DNA of 64,000 nt from Octopus sinensis (lineage: Eukaryota): the NCBI RefSeq assembly GCF_006345805.1, contig NC_043001.1, positions 50,096,001-50,160,000 on the forward strand, in the 5' to 3' direction. The notes below the pieces were generated by a model that saw only the letters and a list, made by a program, of their open reading frames with translations, made no database searches and was not told the origin of the DNA. Positions 37,989-51,419 of this stretch are shown here, one piece after another (positions within the stretch are counted from its first letter, which is position 1; each line of letters starts with the position of its first letter). A program made the translations under genes and the position numbers.

Positions 37989-38049
37989 TGTATGTGCGTG
38001 TGTGTGTGTTCAAGTTTTGTCTTTGTTGTTATTTTACATTTTTTTACAT

Positions 38050-38900
38050 AATTGGGTATAACAATTGGGTTGGAACTGCTGAGTTCGTAAATTCATATTC
38101 GACGTTTGCCGACTCATTATGAAGAATCGAGTTGAGCATATTTGTCGTTTATGTTGTTTCCTAGAAACTGATTGAAACCGTATATACTTTCCCGCTAAAG
38201 GTTTACTGGCAGTTAGCATTATGACTCAGAAGTGACGCATTGATTTGTTTGTTACGGTCAAATTTTGACCGTTAGGGTTTGGAATTTTTTTAATATCAGA
38301 ATCCGTGCGTTAATTCTTTGAAGTGTGTGTTTCCGTGTTAATTTTGGCATTGTATTGTTATATGAGTATTATTTCCATAATCATTCTTCTATTTTTGTCT
38401 GGAATTTTATAAAGAATGTAAATATATTTTCGTCTAGTATTTTCTTATTTAATTTCGTTTTGTGGTGAGTTGTATAATGCTGTATAAAAGCTACATGCTG
38501 CAAATGCATAGTGAGTCTAAGCAAGAGTGTTGTATTGGTCTGTCCAATATAACTTTGAAAGCCCTCAAGTTATTGCAACATTCAGTTTTGCAGTCAAATT
38601 TATAGATCCCATTGGTCGTCTGCGATTTCTTCTAAGGTTCACATATTTCTAGTGTGTTGTTGATAAAGATGCCTTAAGTTTTGGTGTTTTTTATTGTATG
38701 TTATTAGTTTGAGCTTTTGATCGAGTGTGATGCAATTTGAGGGTTTTTATTATGTTCATTTGTTCGAAAGCTTTTGAGCATTTGGTTATGTGATATATTT
38801 TATTGTGGTTTATGTATGTATATTAGCTGTATTCTATGTTATATATCTTGTATTTGTGTCTGTATTGTTTTATAGTTTAGTCTATTAGTTAACTAGTGTA
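38050..38900 (-). mobile_element. Old Penelope-like element 3' end (GIY-YIG relic)
   Basis: Reverse strand reads NGIYKFDCKTECCNN.. then YIGQTNTTL / RLTMHLQ across frameshifts (38640-38500). Confidence 0.7.
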
Positions 38901-38939
38901 TTTGCTGTTAGTCATCATATTATGTAGATTAATTAACAC

Positions 38940-39217
38940 ATGGCGTAGGTGTGACAGTATAATAAGAGGTTTGTTTCCCAACCACATAGTTCCGGGTTCG
39001 GTCCTACTACGTGGCACCTTAGGCAAGTGTCTTCTAATGTAGTCTCAGGCTGACCAAGACCTTGTAAGTGAATTTAGTGAATGGAAATTGCAAGAAGCCT
39101 GTTGTATGTATGTATGTATGTATGTATGCATGTATGTATGTATGTATGTATGTATGTATGCACGTGCGTGTGTGTGCGGGCGGGCGTGAGTGTGTGTTTG
39201 TGTGTGTGTGTGTGTTT

Positions 39218-39267
<50 letters not shown>

Positions 39268-39455
39268 CTGTGCTTATCCTCTATCACCGCTTGACAAGCG
39301 GTGTTGATGTGTTTACGCCTCCGTAGCTCAGCGTTTCGGCACAAATACGAGGCTAAAAAAAAATATGTACTGGTGTCGATTCACCTGGTTAAAGTACTTA
39401 AGGCGGTGCCCCAGCATGGCCGCAGTCTAATGACAAAACGAGTAAAAGATAAAAG
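38940..39455 (+). mobile_element. SINE family B
   Basis: Head, core, microsatellite and tail. Confidence 0.85.
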
Positions 39456-39929
39456 AAAAGCTAAATGATATGACATACATGCACAATTATTTTAATGGTT
39501 ATGTGTGTGTGCATGCTTCCAGCTAATAAATAGTTTCGACCACATTCCTTGTGAAAAATACAGCTAAGAAGTAAATTCTCAATTCCTTTTCATATTTGCA
39601 CAAAATATTGGTTTCAAATTTTGGCACAAGGCCAGCAATTTTGGCGGAGAGGTAAGTCGATTACATCGGCCCCAATACTCAACTGGGACTTATTTCATCA
39701 ACCCCCGAAAGGATGAAAGGCAAAGATGACCTCGGCAGAATTTGAACATAGAACGTAAAGTCTCAAGAAATGCCGCTAAGTATATTTTTCAACTTCTATC
39801 AGCTCACTAACTATATTCGCACAAAATATTCTCATTAATCTGAAGCTACAGGTTTAGGAATGCGAAAGTGTTACAGCAGACTTTGAAAGCAAAGCCCATT
39901 TAATGGCATTACCAAAGTATTCTTGTCAG

Positions 39930-40115
39930 ATTTTTAACTGGAAGGTATTGATCTTCAATCAAATGACATGCTAAACGACAAGTACAAAAGGAAAAGAAAA
40001 TTTATTTAAAAATTATCAAAAAGACATTTATAAATCCTCTAAGATAAAAGAGAAGGATACACTTCTTTGAAATTCTGCGCCCGAGGATGACATATTTAGT
40101 ACAACATAATTATAT
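39930..40115 (+). mobile_element. Possible hAT (Charlie-type) transposase C-terminal relic
   Basis: IDLQSNDML.DKY and FSTT*LYE resemble ELIDLQ..../FGSTYxCE. Confidence 0.4.
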
Positions 40116-40119
40116 GAAT

Positions 40120-41165
40120 GGAAGGTGGCGAGCTGGCAGAAAAGTTAGCACTCGATGCGGAATAGTTTGCAGTATTTCGTCTGTCTATACGTTCTGAGTT
40201 CAAATTCCGCCGAAGTCGACTTTGCTTTTCATCCATTCGTGGTCGATTAAATAAGTACCAGTTACGCACTGGGGTCGATATAATCGACTTAATCAGTTTG
40301 TCTGTCCTTGTTTGTCCCCTCTGTGTGTAGCCCCTTGTGGGCAGTAAAGAAATAATAATTATGTGAATAGAACATTTTCAAAGATGAAGGTATACATATG
40401 TACACACACATCTTGATTTCAAATTTAAGCACATGGCCAGCATTTTCGGGGAAGTGGGCAAGTCGATTACATCGACTTCGGCGTTCAACTGGTACTTATC
40501 AACCCCGAAATGATGAAAGGCAAAGCCAACCTGGGCGGAATTTGTACTCAGAACATGAAGGCGAACGAAATACAGCTTAAGCATTTTGCTCGGTGTGCCA
40601 TCGATTCTGTCAGTACGTCGCCTTCACATACGCACGTGCGCACGCATAATCATTGAATCCGTTTATAGATTAGTGTTATCTGAGTGACACTTGCAGTCAC
40701 TTTTGATTACATGGACTACACGAATTTGTTTTATCTTTTACTTGTTTCAGTCATTGGATTGCGGCCATTTTGGGGCACAGCTTTGAAGGGTTTTATCAGA
40801 CAAATGGACTCCAGCACTTATCTTTCTTAAGTCAGGTATTTCTTCTTTCAGGGTCTCTTTTACTGAAACCGCTACGTTACAGGGTCGTAAATAAACCAAC
40901 ACCGGTTGTCAAGCGGGATGAATAAGTACATATTAGGATTTGGCATGTGTGTGTGTGTGTGTGTGTTTGTGTCTGTATTTGTCCCCCACTACCACTTGAC
41001 AATCGATGTTGGTGTGTTTACATCCCCGAAACTTAACAGTTCGGCAAAACAGATTGATAGAATAAGTACCAGGCTTGGGGTCGATGATTCAATCGACTAA
41101 AAGTTTCACAAGGTGGTGCCCCAACATGACCAGAGACTAATGACTGAAGCAAGTAAAAGATAAAA
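40120..41165. mobile_element. Mixed SINE A and B cluster in both orientations
   Basis: Family motifs as above. Confidence 0.75.
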
Positions 41166-41534
41166 GATATATTTGTTTAATCATAGTTTCATTTTTTTAA
41201 TTTACTTTAGCCGGTAAGAGCTAGAAGCATTTTTAATCTGGTTCTTCCCATATTAGCAGTTTTCTGTTTATATCAAACTTCATTCTTCCATTTGCGCGAC
41301 ATAGATATATCATATCTATATCGGCATTAGGGTTGTGGCTTAGGAATATTGTTAGTAGTTCTCTGATTTTGTATTTTCTCTCTTTTTTGTTGTAGAGATG
41401 TGTCTTACCACTTCAGTCGCTTAATTCCAACCATATTACGTTGCAACTGTGGTTTATAACTACAATGGCTTGAGTATTTATACTTATTATCTTATTTCTA
41501 GCATTGCGTTCAGTTGTTGATATTAATCTTCACA

Positions 41535-42140
41535 CAATGGCGGCGAGCTGGCAGAATCGTTACCACACCGGGCAAAATTGTTGTGTGGAATTTCGTCCGT
41601 CTTTCACTAGCGTAGCTAGAGTGTGTGCCGCCTGGGGCGGCCCTTCCGTTCGCCGCTCCCGGACCCCACAAAAACACATATTGCCTACAGCAGACCCAAA
41701 AGTGCCGCCCGAGGCAGGCTGCCCCCACAACAACCCCCCTAGCTACGCTAGTGTCGTCTTTACGTTCTGAGTTCAAATTCCGCCAAGGTCGACTTTGCTT
41801 TCTTTCCTTTCGAGATCGATAAAATAAGTACCAGTTGAGTACTTGGATCGATGCAATTGACTTAACCCTGCCTCCGAAAATGCTGGCCTTGTGCCAAAAT
41901 TTGCAATCGGAATTAATCTTCTCTTTCAAGTGATGAGCTGGCAGAATCGTTAGAGCTTCGGACAAAATGTTTAACATCATTTCTTCTTTCACATTACATT
42001 TTGAGTTCAAATCCCGCCGAGGTCAGCTTTGTCTTTCATTCTTCCGGGATCGATAAAATGTAGTATTACCAGTTAAGTACTTGGATCGTTTAATCGACTG
42101 ATCTCCTCCCCAAAATTGCTGGCCTTGTGCCAAGATCTGA
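41535..42140 (+). mobile_element. SINE family A cluster; first copy interrupted by a MITE
   Basis: GGCGGCGAGCTGGCAGAATCGTT head resumes after the insertion. Confidence 0.8.
41605..41753. mobile_element. 149-bp hAT-type MITE
   Basis: Perfect 15-bp TIR CACTAGCGTAGCTAG; 8-bp TSD CCGTCTTT / TCGTCTTT. Confidence 0.9.
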
Positions 42141-42179
42141 AACCAGTATTAATCTTCACTTCTTTCTGTTGTGCCGTGA

Positions 42180-42500
42180 AGGCGCAATGTTTAGTGGTTA
42201 GGGTATTCAGCTCACGATCGTAAGATCATGAGTTCAATTCCCAACGACGTGTTGTGTCCTTGAGCAAGATACTTTATTTCACATTGCTCCAGTTCACCCA
42301 GCTGGCAAAAATGAGTAGTACCTGTATTTCAAAGGGCCAGCTTTGACACATTCTGTGTCACGCTGAATCCCACTGAAATTTACGATGAGGGTACACGTTT
42401 CTGTGGAGTGGTCAACCACTTGCACGTTAATTTCATAAGCAGGCTGTTCCGTCGATCGGATCAACTGGAACCCTTGTCGTCGTAAGCAACGGAGTGCCAG
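42180..42500 (+). mobile_element. SINE family C (CORE-type)
   Basis: tRNA-like head GGCGCAATGTTTAGTGGTTAG..GAGTTCAATTCCC, then TTGTGTCCTTGAGCAAGATACTTTATTTCAC. Confidence 0.85.
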
Positions 42501-43067
42501 ATTCTTGTGTTGTACTTTATTTGTTTCATCTTCATTTAAATATATGCAAGAGAGCTTCTGTTCTAATTTGTTTTAATGTCAGAATCTAATTGAAAGTGCA
42601 GTTTTGATTTTTTTTCGGGGGCGGGGGCTCTTCTTTTAGTAGCTTTGGTGCATTTGTCTTGTTTCATATTAATTTCTCGATCCTATTTAAATTCATGAAC
42701 AGTCCGTGAATCTTGTAGAAGAATGATTTTAATAATTTTCTCTTTGCTTTGTAGCGATGTCCATTTTGACATGATTTTAATACCATGTTACTGTTATGTC
42801 ATGATTTATGTAATGTGTCTCTAATTTCCAAGAATGCAGTATACTATCAAATGCTTTTTTGGTAATCAAGATTTGGCTGTGTGGTAAGAAGTTTGTTTCC
42901 CAAACCACATGGTTCCGGGTTCAGTTTCACGACGGGGCACATTGGGCAAGTATCTTCTACTATAGTCTTGGGCCGACCAAAAACATGTAAGTGAATTTGG
43001 TAAATGAAAACTGAAAGAAACCCGTCGCAAACACACACACACATACATACGCACAAACATATACGTA

Positions 43068-43930
43068 AAGGTGTGGTGGGTAAATTGTTGCCATTTCGTA
43101 TTTTCGTATTTTGCGAATGTGCATTGTTTGTTTTTGATTTTGTCGAATATACAGTATAGTAGAGTCAGTTGGGCACCGTCTGTGAGAGAAACAGCACCAT
43201 GATGCAATTCACTCTGCCAGAAATTTGGAAACGACATGCTGTACTGCTTGGCATTCGCGCCGGAGGCTCCACTACGAACATTTCAGAGTGCTGGGTGTCA
43301 ATCTGAACCAAAGCATGTCTCGAGAGTGATAAAAATCAAGCATCTAGTCAAAATCATGGTGTTTGAAGTGATCACTAGTGTTGGCGACGTTACACCTCCA
43401 TTCATCCTCCCACACGACTTCACACTCAACATGGAGGCCTACATCAAGTGCCTGGAGGGGGTAGTGCTGCCCTGGGTCAAGAGGGTGGCTGCTGGAAGAC
43501 CCTATGTCTGGCAACAGTACTCTGCACCGTGCCACACAAGCAAGATAATCCAGTTATGGCTGTCAGGCAATATCTACGACCACATCACCCCCAACATATG
43601 GCCACTTAACTCTCCTGACTGCAACCCCCTTGATTATTATGTGTCGGGCGCAGTTGAGCGAGAGACCAACAAAACTCCTTGTAACACCAAAGATGAACTG
43701 AAGGCAAGGATTATGGCAGCATTCATCGACTTAAACAAAGTGACCATGCAGAAGAGCTGCAGGAGATTCCGAAGTCGTCTGGAGGCCGTAGTTGAAGCCA
43801 ATGGTAATTTTATAGAATAAATTTGCGCTTTAGAATTTCAAGATATTTTCATGTAATTTTGGTAAATATATCTGTTAAAATGAAACACATTATTGCGTAA
43901 TTTCGACTACAGTTTATTCACCGCACCCTG
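43068..43930 (+). mobile_element. Internally deleted maT (DD37D) transposon
   Basis: WQQ(Y)SAPCH..WPLNSPDCNPLDY with 37 residues between the second and third catalytic positions (D mutated to Y). Right TIR reads CAGGGTG on the reverse strand; degenerate left TIR. Confidence 0.85.
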
Positions 43931-43949
43931 TGTGTGTGTGTATGTGTGT

Positions 43950-44013
<64 letters not shown>

Positions 44014-44059
44014 TGTATACATGATGTACTCTTCGGTCGGTTTCCACGTATGATTTCAC

Positions 44060-44330
44060 CTACACTTTCTTTGTCACTCATAATGCTTACGTTGAATGTG
44101 ACATTTGTGTCTCGCCAATGACTTGTAAAGAAGCCCGCCGATGTTGCATGTATGAAGATTACGGGTCTGTGCAGGCGATATATTTGCCGCTTTTCTCCTT
44201 TGACATACACCCCTAAGTTTGTTAATGCTGGTTGAAACAAAATCTCTTGTACCACTTTGACACGATGACCTGCATTTTGTTCGCTCCAAGGCATGTTTGC
44301 TCAAAAGTGTTAACTTCTGCGAGGTTAAGT
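44060..44330 (-). mobile_element. RTE-type LINE C-terminal fragment with zinc-finger relic
   Basis: ALERTKCRSSCQSGTRDF..INKL...QRRKAA...HTCNIGGLLYKSLARHKC resembles the RTE terminus (DRxxWR...RQRRK...C..C...GL..H). Confidence 0.6.
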
Positions 44331-45369
44331 ACTAGGTCGATTCTTATGTGAGCTTTTGTTACATACTAACATTTTCCAGAAACAATTTTAATTGCCTCTG
44401 CTATGTTCCGATTTATCTCAATAACAAGAGTGTCAGGTGATATGTACACCTTACAAAACCACATTCAGCAATACATAATAATTACTAAACATACAATTAA
44501 GTCCACCTTCCTAATAAAACATAATTTCTATTTTCCGGATGATAATAAGATAATAATAAATAATATTAATTATAATAATTTTACTAAAATTTTTCTTGCT
44601 GGTACTCCAGCTTGGCTGCAGATTTATAGCTGAAACAAGTAAAACATAAAAGAGAAATGACACTAAAAGTGTTTTTAAAAAAATTTTTTCGTTTTATTTT
44701 GTCCATCTTTGGTAATAGCCGCTTCCCTACTGGCTGCTTATTACTGCAGCACACCTCTTTTAGACACCCTTTCTACTCCCCTGGTAGTATGATATTGCTT
44801 TCCACATGAGCAGTCACCCTATTGTTCGAGTGTAACTGCAAGGGCTCTGTTATATATTGTTAGCCAGAATGTTATGAGCTTGTTGTTTGGAGGAGGGCCT
44901 CTAGTGTTTTTTGTTCTGGAAAAATTAATATTGTTTTACTGTCTCGTCACCATTCAAGTGTTGATTCTGGTCTGTTTATTTTAATTTATTGATTGCTGTT
45001 GACACAGTTACAACTTACTTGTTTCAATTAGAAACGCGACTGTCAATCTTCTAAAACTTTCCAGTTGCTTGCATATGTTGTCATGTATATGTTGTTATTA
45101 TTACTCTTCAACAATCACAATTTTACATCGCTGCATGAATTCGTTATTATCATTATTGATATTGCCAATTTAAACCATATATTCTTTATTATTATTTTAT
45201 CTTTTCTGTCTCTTTGCTTTGCTTTGTTGCGTAACTGACCAGTGATGCAATGGGCTAGTTATTTCCTTGTTTCGTTTCTATAGAGACTATATTGTTTTTC
45301 AATCTTCGAAAATTTCATTAAAAAATTATGTCACAATACAGTTCAATATTCAGCAAAATAGATACAACA

Positions 45370-45670
45370 ATATGCACTACCGTACTGTACATATTAGCGT
45401 ATACAGTATAGCATACACTAAATCATACAGTGTAGTACAGAGCACAGTAAAATAAATAGTACATGACAGATTATAATACGGTATACAATACACGCAAGTG
45501 GGTAATATACAGTAGAATATACAGTAGAGTGCAATACATTGGATAATATTCAGTAAAGCACATATCATACAGTACTGAAGTGAATATTGTACACAGTACA
45601 CCACACAGCAAACTCAGAAGTACATAGCAAACAAAATCGCGCTTAGTATAGTGCGCAGTACTGCGCACTG
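45370..45670. repeat. Degenerate TACAG-rich repeat (also ~46915-46970 and ~47305-47385)
   Basis: Direct reading. Confidence 0.7.
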
Positions 45671-45698
45671 TAGAGGCACGTGGTTTAACGTTTTGTGT

Positions 45699-46392
45699 TT
45701 AGGGTGTTGCACTCATGATTGTAAGACAGTCATTTGGATTCTTGGTTGACTTTCCCTTCACCTTTGTTGCCTTTTCTGTATCAGTTGCCTTCTTTGGTTT
45801 GGTATTCCGTTCGTTTATTTCATCCCCTATGCACTGTTTTACGGCAATATCCCATAATGATTTCTTTTTATCCACAACTTTTCTGGCGGCTCTTTCCATG
45901 ACATCAGGAGGGGTATCCCCCCTTGTAGTCTTCCTTTTGTAATTTCTAGGCATGGCGTGTTAAACTGAAATAGAAGAGTAAGTTGTTACATGCCTGGGTA
46001 AGTTGATACACTGTAACAATTAGTCCCGACCAGATTTCTGGGGATTACCTCGTACACAGCACAAGCAATGCATGGCATCCAGGACACACCTCCGTGTATC
46101 GAAGGCAACATCCAACACTTCCTAATGAGTCACAAACTACTTCAGTAACGCCATTTGTGCTTTAGTAGTTAAGGAAATAACTTTGTGGCAAAATTTCACT
46201 TTTGGAGTAAAAAATCGTTTTTTGAGCCATACCTTTCCTGGTGACAGCCCGCCAGTGCAATATACATGTGCAGTCATGATGCTATGGAGTTGGCCTTCAC
46301 GAAGTAGAAACCCAAGTGCCACCTATTTCTTGAAGCTGGAAACAATGGGCTTGTAACAACTTACCGGAGTAACAACTAGACCCGGTCTCCCC
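45699..46392 (-). mobile_element. Truncated pogo-like element (transposase N-terminus)
   Basis: MPRNYKRKTTRG..MERAA..V..KKKSL (psq-HTH-like start); terminus TA|GGGGAGACCGGG with AAGTTGTTACA subterminal repeats. Confidence 0.7.
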
Positions 46393-46399
46393 TATATAT

Positions 46400-46636
46400 A
46401 TATTCTTTTATTCTTTTACGTGTTTCATTCATTTGACTGCGACCATGCTGGAATACCACCGCGAAGGACTTTAGTTGAACAAATTAACTCCAGGATTTAT
46501 TTTTTAAAGTCTAGTACTTATTCTGTCGGTCTCTTTAGCCGAACATCTGTTTATGGTGATGTAAACATACCAGCACCGTTTGTCGAGTGGTAATAGGGGG
46601 ACATACACAGACACAAACACACACACACATATATAC

Positions 46637-46693
<57 letters not shown>

Positions 46694-46832
46694 TACGATG
46701 GGCTTCTTTCAGTTTCCTACCAAATCCACTCTCAAGGCTACAACAGAAGACATGTGACTAAGGTGCCACGTAGTGGGACTGAACCCATAACCATGTGGTT
46801 GGGAAGCAAGCTTCTTACCACACAATCACGCC
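46400..46832 (-). mobile_element. SINE family B
   Basis: Family motifs. Confidence 0.8.
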
Positions 46833-46984
46833 TGTATATATATATTCCAACAGAATCTAGGGAGAAGTCATTATAAGCCGATGGCTCAGAAAGTATCTCT
46901 AATCCTTTTTATCAGTGTACAGTACCTAATATAATATTCAATGCACGTAGCAGAGTACGTAGCATACAGTTAAAGGGTAATGGG

Positions 46985-47300
46985 TAAAGACCCCCTTCGG
47001 TCATGAGTGACCATATAATTGTACCTAGAAAGTTACCCTCCGGGGAACAATCCTGGGCAAGGTTGTTTATGGAAGAGTAGCAGTCACCCATGCATACCGG
47101 CTTCCTCCTGTCTAAAGGAAAGGCAAAGGCCGATACAGCTTGGTTCCAGTGACATCGCAACTCATTCCTACAGCTGAGTGAACTAGAACAACGTGAAATA
47201 AAGTGTCTTGCTCAAGAACATAACACACAACTCCGACCGGGATTCGAACTCACTACCTCATGATTATGAGTCCGACTCTCTAACCACTGAGCCATGCGCC
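46985..47300 (-). mobile_element. SINE family C, full length
   Basis: Reverse complement GGCGCATGGCTCAGTGGTTAGAG..GAGTTCGAATCCCGG (A and B boxes) followed by the CORE-like body. Confidence 0.9.
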
Positions 47301-47433
47301 CTCGGTACAGCAGCATACAGTACAGTACAGTGCATTGTACGGTGATGTTCACAGTACTGTATAGTATACATTATACAGTACAATTCATATAACTTTACTC
47401 TATTAATTGCTGTTTTCGAGTCGTTAATAATAG

Positions 47434-47662
<229 letters not shown>

Positions 47663-48029
47663 CTTTAGGCTCAGGGCAGCTCTGATTATACAGATCTTAA
47701 GATCAAAGACGGTCCAGTGATGACCAACCTGTCCGTTCGTAAGTCTACATTATCCAATGTGTCTATTCATTTTATAAGTCGGATGTGATCGGAGGGAATT
47801 AGGCGGCTAACTAGTTGAGTGTCCACATACATATTCTTTCCTTGGCTCGTTAATTTTATTGTCGGTAGTGGAGTTGATGCTATTACTGCTGCTGGTTATA
47901 TTGGTTGCAAATTTTGTTTCAAGTCCAGAGATTTCGGATGGGTGAGGGCTGTTGTTGTTGTAGTGGTGGTGGTGAAAATGATGGCACTGTTGATGCCAGT
48001 AATATCGGTTTCAAATTTTGACTCAGAGC

Positions 48030-48390
48030 CAGAAATTTCGGAATTACACCGACCCTAGTACTCAACTGTACCTATTGTATCGACTCCAGCAGGATGAAAG
48101 ATAAAGTCGACTCGACAGAATTTGAACTCAGAACGTAGCGGCAGACGAAATACCTATTTCTTTACTACTCACAAGGGGCTAAATACAGAGAGGACAAACA
48201 AGGACAGACAAACGGATTAAGTCGATTATATCGACCCCAGTGCGCAACTGGTACTTAATGTATCGACCCCCGAAAGGATGAAAGGCAAAGTCGACCTCGG
48301 CGGAATTTGAACTCAGAACGTAACGGCAGACGAAATACCGCTAAGCATTTTGCTCGGAGTATTAACGATTCTGCTTCCCCGCCACCTTGT
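48030..48390 (-). mobile_element. SINE family A dimer
   Basis: Two B-box modules with the GAAATAGG|TATTTCG junction. Confidence 0.85.
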
Positions 48391-48940
48391 TGGTGCTTTT
48401 GATGTAATTGTGGTGTTGGTGGTGGTTATAGTGATGATACTATTATTATTGTTGTTGTTGCTGTTGTTGTTGGTGATGGTGATGATTTGGTGGTGCTAGT
48501 GCTGGTTATATGATGTTATTTCTATGCAGTTTTTATTAAAACGAAAATAAATAAAATTAATTGATTAGACATTTTATTCTCGCTCCATTTTTTTTTTCAG
48601 TGTTATGTGTGGTTTTATTTTGAAATAATAATTGAAAATTCTGTTCTAGAAAGTTACAAATCCATTTTGGTTTAGTTAGTTGTGATGGAGAGAATCAGGA
48701 ATAGTAAAAGAAGGAGGGTGAAGGTTAGGGGAAAGAGGTGATGGGGGAGACAGCATAAAATATTTTAGAATATACACAAATATGACAGCTTTTACTAACA
48801 CTAGTCAGCTTGGTTGCGTATGCCACTGTCTACTAGAAAATGAGTTGTCACCGGTGTGGGGTTCACTAACCATTTCGTTAATTCACTTTTGATAATAATA
48901 ATAATAATAATAAATAATAATAATAATAATAATAATAATA

Positions 48941-49018
48941 GAGATAGAGAATAGGAAGCCAGACATAGTCTTAATTCAGAAAGAAAACAAACTATGCTGG
49001 ATCATAGATATAGCATGA
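48941..49018 (+). mobile_element. R4/Dong-type restriction-like endonuclease fragment
   Basis: EIENRKPDIVLIQKENKLCWIIDIA (PD..D motif) directly after a (TAA)n tract. Confidence 0.65.
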
Positions 49019-50464
49019 TATAACATTTCTTACGGCCATGCAGCATATAGTTCTTTCTAATTTTGGTACAAGACCAGCAATTTTGAGGAGCTCGACCGAT
49101 GAAAGGTAATGTTGATCTCTGTGGAATTTGAACTTAGAACGTAAAGAGCTGGAAGAAATACCACTAAGCATTTTGTCCGACGCGCTATACGGCCTATAAT
49201 GGTTTCAAATTTTGGCACAAGGCAGTAATTTCAGGGTATGAGTTAAATCGATTGCATCGACTCCGAAAGGATGAAAAGCAAAAGCGGCTCTCGGCGGAAT
49301 TTGAACTCAAAAACGTGAAGTCGAACGTAATGCCAGAAAAGTATTTTTCCCCAACAAGCTAACGATTCTGCCATCTCGCTGCCTTACTCTACAGCCTATA
49401 ATGAAATGTATTTCGTGTATGTCACCAAACCTACTTTGACGGTATCTTTGTCTTTACCTTCTTCGTGCTCTCTTCAGGAAACCTAGTTAACAATATCCTA
49501 CGTGCGAAATCGGACTTTTCAGTTGCTCTATTATAGTAATGATGGTAAGTGTTTGTAGTATGCCAATCTTTCTGACTGCTGCATTGTTTCCTGTTTAGTT
49601 CCTTATTGATCCATACCATTGTACATTATAACATAATGTTTCGTCACTAATCAACCTTAATTCAGTGTGCCGATGTTCGCCTTCATCTGTTTTGAAACAC
49701 TGTCTAGACTAAGATTTCCATTTAAGTTTACTCTTATAGTGATAAAAATTTTATCTAAGGCTTACCATTTGGCTTACCTTACTAAGACGAGCCTACTAGA
49801 AGTTTAACTCCCTCTAGTGTAGTCCTCTGGACCAACAGAACACACAAGCCACTCCACCGTGGCTAGATACTCAATCATGCATCATAAACTTGCACATTTG
49901 CACTATATTGGAAGGCCACTGACTACCCTCCTCTTCACCAAGCAAGCTTGGTAAGACTGTCAGTTTAGTCTCCGATGGTCCGACTATGCAGCAGTTCAAA
50001 TTTTAGCAGTAACACTCACGAGAGACGTAACACATATTCGTAAATATTGGTTTAAAATTTTGGCACAAGGCTAGCAATTTCGGGGGAGGGGTAAGTCGAT
50101 TACATCGATCCCAGTACTCGACTGTTACTCCTTTTATCTCTCTCCATTACGTTTCTTTATAAACCTATAGCAATGTAAACGTCCGACGTCCCGGGTCCCT
50201 GTTCAACCTCCCTATTCTCTTTGATTGGTATAGAGACTACCATCAATAAGGGTGAGTCCCGTAAAATACAGTGAAATGGATTTTTCAGCGCATCTTCACC
50301 ATTCTTCGGAGTAATGCATTCACCATTTTGAGTCTTGTGACTACAAAACGTTTACTTGATTCACTGAAATATATTTCTCAAACTTCTCATTATTTTCGTC
50401 CCATCAATTTATAGACAAATTGATAGAAAATAAAACTAAAATAATTCAAATTTTATGAAGCTAT

Positions 50465-50700
50465 ATGGCACAGTGATTAGAGTATTGGGATCATGATCAT
50501 GAAGTTTTGGGTTCAACCCCTGGTCCGAGCAGCGTGTTGTGTTCTTGGGCAAGACACTCCTTTTCGCAGTTCTACCGTTTATTTAACTATAAAGGAGTAC
50601 CAGCCGGTTGCTGTTGTAACTCTCTCTCTTGTTGCCACATCCTGGTTATGCTGTGGTTTAATAGTGAAAAGGCCGAGATGTATACATGTTATCAAACTAT
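50465..50700 (+). mobile_element. SINE family C, degenerate
   Basis: GGTTCAACCCC..GTGTTGTGTTCTTGGGCAAGACACT. Confidence 0.6.
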
Positions 50701-51199
50701 ACTTGTCCGCGAGTGGCGGCCGGGTGTACTTTCTTTGTACAATTTTAATTTTTCACGACTTTTTTAATTAATCTTTTTTAATTATTCAACTTATGATTTT
50801 CGCAATAAATATTTACCACTGACTATATACGGCTGTTTGTTTATATACGATGACATACGTCTCAAATATATTCACACTTATAAACACTTTTTCTTTTTGG
50901 CATTCATTCTAGTTTTCTCTCTTACAAAAATGTTCTGAGGAAAGAAAAATAATGGACGGAAGAAAAGTAAATAAAACATTGGAAGTCTTGAGAAAAATGA
51001 CTGCATTTTTGGAATTTCTTCAAAAATTAGATTTTTCTTCAAATATGATAAACTTGAAAGATCGGCCACTTTAATTAAAGGAGTTAAGGCGGTGTATGGA
51101 GAGAGTGACACAGAAAATAACGGTTAGGGAAGGAGTTGCATATATGAACTAGGATTAATGCATTCCTGGAATTCCGTTAGTCTTTTACTGTTATCTGGA

Positions 51200-51299
51200 N
51201 NNNNNNNNNNNNNNNNNNNNNNNNNNNNNNNNNNNNNNNNNNNNNNNNNNNNNNNNNNNNNNNNNNNNNNNNNNNNNNNNNNNNNNNNNNNNNNNNNNN
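51200..51299. other. Assembly gap (100 N)
   Basis: Run of N; a round size suggests unknown true length. Confidence 0.99.
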
Positions 51300-51419
51300 A
51301 AAAAAATCGGCAGCGGTACTCACGAGGTCACATATTGAAAGATCGGAAGTAGAAAGGTGGAAGAATAATGTTTTTAAAGACAGGAGAGTTTTCAAAGACA
51401 AGGAAAGTGAGAGGGGGAA

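Noticed and set aside
38097-38127. Hammerhead relic behind the old PLE (minus strand, ATTC...AAACGTC-GAAT)
   Set aside because: Position fits, but catalytic G5 and G12 are both C and stem II does not form.
43914-44294. 126-aa minus-strand ORF in apparently unique sequence
   Set aside because: The overlapping frame matches an RTE C-terminus, so this is an alternative frame of a LINE fragment.
49615-49665. Minus-strand GAAA + 7-bp stem III + GUA
   Set aside because: No valid CUGANGA core, stem II or stem I in register.
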